NCBI GenBank assembly: GCA_037141055.1
Contig: JBAXDH010000002.1
Location: 17,057-81,056, forward strand
Direction of reading: 5' to 3'
Origin: a bacterium
GTDB lineage: Bacteria; Bacteroidota; Bacteroidia; Bacteroidales; FEN-979
Length of the DNA stretch: 64,000 nt
Shown here: positions 58,783 to 64,000 of the stretch, piece after piece
How positions within the stretch are numbered: the first letter of the stretch is position 1
Layout of the letters: each line of letters starts with the position of its first letter
Made by a program: the position numbers and the translations under genes
Notes under the pieces: generated by a model
Seen by the model: only the letters and a program-made list of their open reading frames with translations
Database searches by the model: none
Told to the model about the DNA's origin: nothing

Positions 58783-60600
58783 CTATAACTTGTGCTCTTC
58801 CTCAAGGATAATCCCCATATTTTTCATCAGGAATGAGGCATTGAGGTTGCGGCAAACGCCCGGTGAAAGTTTGTAGTCGATTTCCATTTTGTCGCCGGTG
58901 ATCCGGATCTCAAAACAGAGGTTCCTGATGTTTTCAGGATAATGGTTGACCAGTTCACCCAGGGCAAGATCATGGGTGGCAAACAATCCGGCAAGTTTGT
59001 ATTTCATCAGTTGCCTGATCAGGGCGATCGATCCGGTTTGTTTATCGGAGGAGTTGGTTCCCTTTAGGATCTCATCCAGCAGTATAAGCTTTTCCCGGCC
59101 GGCTTCGAGGTCGGTGATGATCTCCTTCAGCCGCCTCAGTTCGGCATAGAAGTATGATTCCCGCTTTGCCAGCGAATCATTTGTGCGGATGCTGCTGTGA
59201 ATTTCAATGGGATAAAAAATGAGTTTTTCAGCAAAAACAGGGGCCCCGGTCATGGCCAGCAGCAAATTGGTACCGATGGTGCGCAGGAAGGTACTTTTCC
59301 CCGACATATTGGCCCCGGTGATGATGCGGAACTGGTTCCAGCCCGTGATGTCAATGTCGTTGGTGACGCATATTTCCGATGAGATAAGCGGATGCCCGAT
59401 CTTTTCCGCGATGAACTGAAACCTGTCGCTCACGGGCACCGGGTAAGCATAACCCGGATTATTGAATGCATAGGTTCCGAGGCTGGAAAGCGCGTCGAAT
59501 TCGGCCAGGATCGCAAACCATTCCGGCACCAGGTTGCGGTTAGCAACTCGCCATTTCTCCACTGCCATCAACACATGAATATTGAACATGAACAACCCGT
59601 TCATGATCACCGAAACCAGCAGGTTGAGGTTGGCATCCATCATGTTCAGCAGTTCCGACAGCCGTTTGATCAGTTTACCCGGTATCATCCCCGCCTTCGG
59701 GGAAAGACCATCCTGCAGTTTCCTGTTAAACTCCGCCGCGAATGTTGTTTCAGTTGCGAGTGTCAGTGCCATGGCATATTTTCTAAGGATATCAACCTGT
59801 GAAGTGACTGCCTGGTGAACGGCCATGGCTTTGCGGCCGTAAGCAAAAACGACCATCAATTGCAGCAATACCATGAAAACTGGAAACTGGACGGGTATGA
59901 TTCCGAAAGCCGACAACAGGATTGAGCCTGATGTAACAGCAGGAAGCAGGAATGACAATACTTTCACGTACCGGGCACCCGGCATGCCCGAAGGGTCATT
60001 CAGCCAGTCTTTGAGGGCGGCCAGATCCACCAGCGAGGTTTGCTCCTCCACGAAGATCAGCTGAAGTTTCTGCCGGAATTCAATATCAGCCGCAAGTTCT
60101 GCAACCGCCTGCTGACGGGCCCGAATTTCATCCCTGTATGAATATGCACGGCTGAAATAATCGGCCAGTTTTTCCTTCCCGAAAACGGTGGAAGTCCGGT
60201 TCAGATACTGGAACAACGAACCCGTTCCGAAGATATCGAGGTCGAACGTATACGGGTGCTCCTGGCTGACAAATTCATTCCCGGGATTAAACGCTGAAAA
60301 ATCATGTTGCAATGCAGGCAATTCCTGTTCATTGATTTTAATCATGCGTTGAAGCCGGAGAATTTTCCGTTTCAGGATGGTATCGTACCAGCCGGCAGCC
60401 AGGAAACCGCCGAAGAATGATACTGACGAAACAATAAAAAAAAGTCCCGGGAATTTAAATGCATAAAAGATGGAAAAGCCGGTAAGGATAAAAAGTGTCA
60501 ATCGGAGCCATGGTATCCAGCGGAGTGGTTTTCGCAACCGGTCGATCCCGGCGGAAAATCCAGCTATACGTTGCATATAAATGGATACAAGGGTGCTCAT
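58783..60600 (-). CDS. MutS-related ATPase (MutS domain III/V only) with N-terminal transmembrane helices
   Basis: The ORF extends to 60696 and overlaps sufD. ATG 60600 lies 22 nt downstream of the sufD stop. Walker A GANMSGKSTFLRTIG and Walker B LILLDEILKGTN. There is no mismatch-recognition domain. Two hydrophobic helices lie near the N-terminus (LTLFILTGFSIFYAF, LFFIVSSVSFFGGFLAAGW). Confidence 0.8.
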   Translation of the reverse strand: MSTLVSIYMQRIAGFSAGIDRLRKPLRWIPWLRLTLFILTGFSIFYAFKFPGLFFIVSSVSFFGGFLAAGWYDTILKRKILRLQRMIKINEQELPALQHDFSAFNPGNEFVSQEHPYTFDLDIFGTGSLFQYLNRTSTVFGKEKLADYFSRAYSYRDEIRARQQAVAELAADIEFRQKLQLIFVEEQTSLVDLAALKDWLNDPSGMPGARYVKVLSFLLPAVTSGSILLSAFGIIPVQFPVFMVLLQLMVVFAYGRKAMAVHQAVTSQVDILRKYAMALTLATETTFAAEFNRKLQDGLSPKAGMIPGKLIKRLSELLNMMDANLNLLVSVIMNGLFMFNIHVLMAVEKWRVANRNLVPEWFAILAEFDALSSLGTYAFNNPGYAYPVPVSDRFQFIAEKIGHPLISSEICVTNDIDITGWNQFRIITGANMSGKSTFLRTIGTNLLLAMTGAPVFAEKLIFYPIEIHSSIRTNDSLAKRESYFYAELRRLKEIITDLEAGREKLILLDEILKGTNSSDKQTGSIALIRQLMKYKLAGLFATHDLALGELVNHYPENIRNLCFEIRITGDKMEIDYKLSPGVCRNLNASFLMKNMGIILEEEHKL

Positions 60601-60622
60601 AGTGGCATTATTCGCAGCTCCT

Positions 60623-62032
60623 TTATATTCTGCTGAGGTCGATCTGAAACTCCACCGGGTGTTCCGGCGTACTGCAGTGAAGCACACATTGTTCACAAAT
60701 CTGGAGCTCCCCCTGCAGCCGTTTTTTCACCATATCTTCGATCCGCTGACGAAGTTGCGGGATGGCGATCTTCTTCACGATCTCATCGGCAAATGCGAAC
60801 ATCAGCAACATGCGGGCGGTTTCCTCGCCGATGCCTCGCTGGCGCAGGTAGAACATGGCATCCTGGTCGAGCTGGCCGGTTGTGGAACCATGCGAGCATT
60901 TTACATCGTCGTTGTATATCTCCAGGAACGGCTTCGAGTTCACCCTGGCAGTATCGGTGAGCAAAATATTCTTATTGCTCTGGCGGGCATCGGTCTTCAC
61001 GGCGTTGCGTCGAACCAGCACGTGACCGTTGAAGATTGCGTGCGCATGTTCATCCAGGATTCCCTTGAATGTTTCATTGCTGGTGCAACCGGGAAAAGCA
61101 TGATCAATAAAAACGTTGTTGTCGACATGTTGCCTGCCGTCCATGAGATAAATGCCAAAAATATTTGCATTCCCTTGCGGGCCGTTGAAATGCACCCTGA
61201 TGTTGTTCCGGATCAGTCTGCCATTGAGCGAGATATAATGCGACTCCAGGTTTGAAGATGCCCCGAGGCGGAAGTACACCGAGCTGATAAGCGTACTGTT
61301 GTTGTTGAGATTCTGAAGTTTGTAATGATCCATCACTCCATTTTCGCCAACATGGATTTCCGTCACAATGTTCGAAAAACTGGCCTGGTGATTATACGAA
61401 TCATCGCAGTGGACCAGTGAAAGCTTTGCATTGGCACCAACCACGATAAGGTTGCGCGACTGCAGGAAAAGGTTCTCATCATGGTGAATCACATTGATGA
61501 GCTGCACAGGTTTCGGGCTTTTCACATTGTCGGGAACGTAGATGAACACCCCGTCAAGTGCAAATGCCGTATTCAGTGCTGTGAAACCTTCAACGGCATC
61601 ATCGGCAATGGTTCCATAATACTTTTCAATCAGCTGAGGATATTTCTTTCTGGCTTCGGCCAGGCTTCCCATGATGATCCCGTTGCCAAGTTCCATCAGC
61701 GGGACATCTTTTGAAACATACCAGCCATTCAACAAGCCGATTACGGCCGTATCGAGGTGCGGGATGTTGCAGCGGAAAACCTTTTGGGCGTCAACCTCCT
61801 CAAAGGGATTCAGATGATAATCATATCCGTGCCTGAAGCTTTCTTCAAGATTGGTCAGACGCCAGGATTCAATACCGGTACCCGGGAAACCCAGTTTTGA
61901 AAACGAATCAAACGCCTTCTCACGGATTCCGGCAAGGGCCGCCGTATCATTTATTGCCAGGGACTTCCTGTTCTTTTCGAACAGGCCGATAAACCTTTCC
62001 GCAGTGATTGTTTCTTTGGTTTGGGGTTGCAT
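60623..62032 (-). CDS. sufD: Fe-S cluster assembly protein SufD
   Basis: 469-aa ORF. The C-terminal beta-helix block (KCSHGSTTGQLDQDAMFYLRQRGI) and its position after sufC support the call. Confidence 0.88.
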   Translation of the reverse strand: MQPQTKETITAERFIGLFEKNRKSLAINDTAALAGIREKAFDSFSKLGFPGTGIESWRLTNLEESFRHGYDYHLNPFEEVDAQKVFRCNIPHLDTAVIGLLNGWYVSKDVPLMELGNGIIMGSLAEARKKYPQLIEKYYGTIADDAVEGFTALNTAFALDGVFIYVPDNVKSPKPVQLINVIHHDENLFLQSRNLIVVGANAKLSLVHCDDSYNHQASFSNIVTEIHVGENGVMDHYKLQNLNNNSTLISSVYFRLGASSNLESHYISLNGRLIRNNIRVHFNGPQGNANIFGIYLMDGRQHVDNNVFIDHAFPGCTSNETFKGILDEHAHAIFNGHVLVRRNAVKTDARQSNKNILLTDTARVNSKPFLEIYNDDVKCSHGSTTGQLDQDAMFYLRQRGIGEETARMLLMFAFADEIVKKIAIPQLRQRIEDMVKKRLQGELQICEQCVLHCSTPEHPVEFQIDLSRI

Positions 62033-62049
62033 TGCTCACGTATTTACCT

Positions 62050-62089
62050 CACCCCCCGGCCCCCTCTCCCACGGGAGAGGGGGAGGGTG
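62050..62089. repeat. GC-rich palindromic element in the sufC-sufD spacer
   Basis: cccccTCTCC-cacg-GGAGAggggg forms a 10-bp stem (62060-62069 with 62074-62083). An outer caccc/gggtg pairing (62050-62054 with 62085-62089) flanks it. Confidence 0.8.
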
Positions 62090-62091
62090 TG

Positions 62092-62844
62092 CTACTTTTG
62101 TTCTTGTTTTATCCAGTCGTACCCTTTTTCCTCGAGTTCGAGCGCCAGTTCTTTTCCGCCTGATTTAACGATCTTCCCTTCGAAAAGCACATGAACAAAG
62201 TCAGGCACGATGTAATCGAGCAGGCGCTGGTAATGGGTGATGACCACGAAGGCATTGTCGCTGCGGCGGAGTTTGTTCACGCCATTGGCAACAATGCGAA
62301 GTGCATCAATATCAAGTCCTGAATCGGTTTCATCCAGGATGGCCAGCATGGGTTCGAGCATGGCCATCTGGAAAATTTCATTCTTTTTCTTTTCACCCCC
62401 TGAAAATCCCTCATTTACAGAGCGGTTGGTAAGGTTTGAAGTGATCTCAACGAGCCTTTTCTTTTCTTCCATCAGGCGGAGAAAATCACCGGCGGGCAAC
62501 GGATCAAGGCCTTTGAACTTACGCACCTCATTCACTGCCGTGCGCATAAAGTTGGTGATGCTGACGCCGGGAATTTCCACCGGGTACTGGAATCCCAGGA
62601 ATATCCCCTCCCGGGCGCGGTCTTCGATGGATAGCTTCTGCAGGTCTTTCCCCTGGTAGAGAATTTCCCCGGCCGTAACATCAAACACTTCCCGGCCGGC
62701 TATCACTGAAGCCAGTGTGCTTTTCCCGGTTCCGTTCGGGCCCATGATGGCGTGTACTTCGCCTTTGTTCACCTCCAGGTTGACTCCCCGGAGAATTTCT
62801 TTGCCGTTGATGCTGGCGTGAAGATTTTTAATTTGTAGTAGCAT
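62092..62844 (-). CDS. sufC: Fe-S cluster assembly ATPase SufC
   Basis: ATG 62844 gives MLLQIKNLHASING. Walker A GPNGTGKST, signature FSGGEKK, Walker B AILDETDSGLD. Confidence 0.93.
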   Translation of the reverse strand: MLLQIKNLHASINGKEILRGVNLEVNKGEVHAIMGPNGTGKSTLASVIAGREVFDVTAGEILYQGKDLQKLSIEDRAREGIFLGFQYPVEIPGVSITNFMRTAVNEVRKFKGLDPLPAGDFLRLMEEKKRLVEITSNLTNRSVNEGFSGGEKKKNEIFQMAMLEPMLAILDETDSGLDIDALRIVANGVNKLRRSDNAFVVITHYQRLLDYIVPDFVHVLFEGKIVKSGGKELALELEEKGYDWIKQEQK

Positions 62845-62850
62845 GTAAAT

Positions 62851-62881
62851 AAATTCAAAATGCAAAAATAAAAATGCAAAG
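62851..62881 (-). promoter_or_regulatory. AT-rich TTTGCATTTTGAA-family element immediately upstream of sufC
   Basis: The minus-strand reading is ctttgcatttttatttttgcattttgaatttatttac, followed by ATG 62844. It shares the 16-mer TTTGCATTTTGAATTT with 16713-16752. Confidence 0.5.
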
Positions 62882-62882
62882 A

Positions 62883-62903
62883 CCTCTCCCCCCGGGGGTG
62901 AGG
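62883..62903 (-). terminator. GC hairpin in the sufB-sufC spacer followed (on the minus strand) by a U-rich tract; attenuator/terminator-like
   Basis: cctcTcccccc/gggggTgagg is a palindrome with one T-T mismatch, directly after the sufB stop (62904). On the coding strand it is followed by TCTTTGCATTTTTATTTTTG. Confidence 0.5.
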
Positions 62904-64000
62904 TTAACCAACACTCCCTTCGAGCGAAATTGACAATAGTTTCTGTGCTTCCACCGCGAATTCCATGGGAAGCTGTTTCAACACTTCTTTCGCGTAGCCG
63001 TTAACGATCAGGCCGATGGCACTTTCGGCCGAAATTCCACGCTGCTGACAGTAAAAAAGCTGGTCTTCTGAAATTTTCGAAGTGGTTGCTTCATGCTCCA
63101 CGATCGATGATTTATTGTCTACCTGGATATAAGGAAAAGTATGTGCCCCGCAACTGGCGCCCAGCAGCAGGGAATCGCACTGACTGTAATTTCGCGAATT
63201 AACGGCGTTCTTCGAAATCCGGACCAGCCCGCGGTATGAATTGTTGCTCTTTCCTGCTGAAATTCCTTTGGAAATGATAGTGCTCCTGGTGTTCTTGCCA
63301 AGATGCATCATTTTCGTGCCGGTATCGGCCTGCTGGTGGTTGTTGGTAACTGCAACCGAATAAAACTCGCCCACCGAATGATCACCCAGCAGGATGCAGC
63401 TTGGGTATTTCCAGGTGATGGCCGATCCGGTTTCAACCTGTGTCCAGCTGATCTTGGAATTGCTTCCCTTGCAGATCCCACGTTTTGTTACGAAATTGTA
63501 TATCACCCCGACCCCGTTTTTATCACCGGGATACCAGTTCTGAACTGTCGAATATTTCACTTCGGCATCCTTCATCGCCACAATCTCGACGATGGCGGCA
63601 TGAAGCTGGTTTTCATCACGCTGCGGCGCGGTACAGCCTTCCATATAACTCACATACGCCCCTTCTTCGGCCACGATCAGCGTGCGCTCAAACTGCCCGG
63701 TATTGGCGGCATTGATGCGAAAATAGGTCGAAAGTTCCATGGGGCAGCGAACTCCTTTAGGAATAAAACAGAATGAGCCATCACTGAAAACCGCGGAGTT
63801 AAGGGCTGCAAAATAGTTGTCGGTATGCGGAACCACCGAACCCATGTATTGTTTTACCAGGTCGGGATGGTTTTGAACCGCCTCGCTGAAGGAACAAAAG
63901 ATGATTCCATGCTTTGAGAGTGTTTCGGAAAAGGTGGTTTTGACCGAAACGCTGTCGATCACAGCATCCACTGCCACACCGGCCACACCCGCCAGTTTTT
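62904..64000 (-). CDS. sufB: Fe-S cluster assembly scaffold SufB (partial; N-terminus lies beyond the window end)
   Basis: The ORF is open to the window edge. Conserved SufB C-terminal blocks are present ([36 protein letters not shown]). The ORF-track start at 63986 is internal. Confidence 0.93.
   Translation of the reverse strand, partial: KLAGVAGVAVDAVIDSVSVKTTFSETLSKHGIIFCSFSEAVQNHPDLVKQYMGSVVPHTDNYFAALNSAVFSDGSFCFIPKGVRCPMELSTYFRINAANTGQFERTLIVAEEGAYVSYMEGCTAPQRDENQLHAAIVEIVAMKDAEVKYSTVQNWYPGDKNGVGVIYNFVTKRGICKGSNSKISWTQVETGSAITWKYPSCILLGDHSVGEFYSVAVTNNHQQADTGTKMMHLGKNTRSTIISKGISAGKSNNSYRGLVRISKNAVNSRNYSQCDSLLLGASCGAHTFPYIQVDNKSSIVEHEATTSKISEDQLFYCQQRGISAESAIGLIVNGYAKEVLKQLPMEFAVEAQKLLSISLEGSVG

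Noticed and set aside
63986-64000. The ORF-track start of SufB at 63986.
   Set aside because: The reading frame stays open to the window edge, and SufB proteins are ~480 aa. The 360-aa ORF is a truncated view, so the feature is reported as partial.

Overview
This is a 64-kb chromosomal window that looks like a Bacteroidota genome. That placement is an inference from three things: seven secreted proteins ending in T9SS-type C-terminal sorting domains, several TAnnTTTG '-7' promoter boxes, and no obvious Shine-Dalgarno sites. All calls come from reading the sequence and the ORF track and from remembered family motifs. No database search was run.

About 50 protein-coding genes are supported.
- Housekeeping: an acyl-CoA carboxylase operon (accC, BCCP, carboxyltransferase), dxs, rbfA, manA, dCMP deaminase, a LOG-family gene and an MsbA-like ABC exporter.
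- Fe-S assembly: a complete suf pathway (sufB-C-D-S-E plus DUF59) that stays colinear on the minus strand but is split by unrelated gene blocks.
- Secreted T9SS cargo: a papain-like giant protein, a C25 gingipain-like peptidase, an M6 metalloprotease, and two Asp-box propeller proteins, one carrying four tandem BACON-like domains.
- An envelope thiol-redox cluster: TlpA, a large beta-barrel and two Omp28-like CxxC proteins.
- A eukaryote-like Rh50 ammonium channel.
- A lower-GC islet with a DUF4143 ATPase and an ORF6N protein, next to a membrane-anchored MutS-related ATPase.

I saw no rRNA, tRNA, CRISPR array, transposase or integrase.

The main signal that gene calls do not explain is a set of short tandem repeat arrays with 7-9 bp units and 2-11 copies. 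They belong to a few recurring families (GTGACAA, GTGAGTS, GGCGGACA, GATTGAC, GGTAACAG, TGCARNCAA, TTTGCATTTTGAA). They occupy many intergenic spacers, supply the stop codons of two genes, form one 25-bp terminator hairpin, and in one case sit inside a transporter CDS. REP-like GC palindromes also bracket the Rh50 gene and sit in the sufB-sufC and sufC-sufD spacers.
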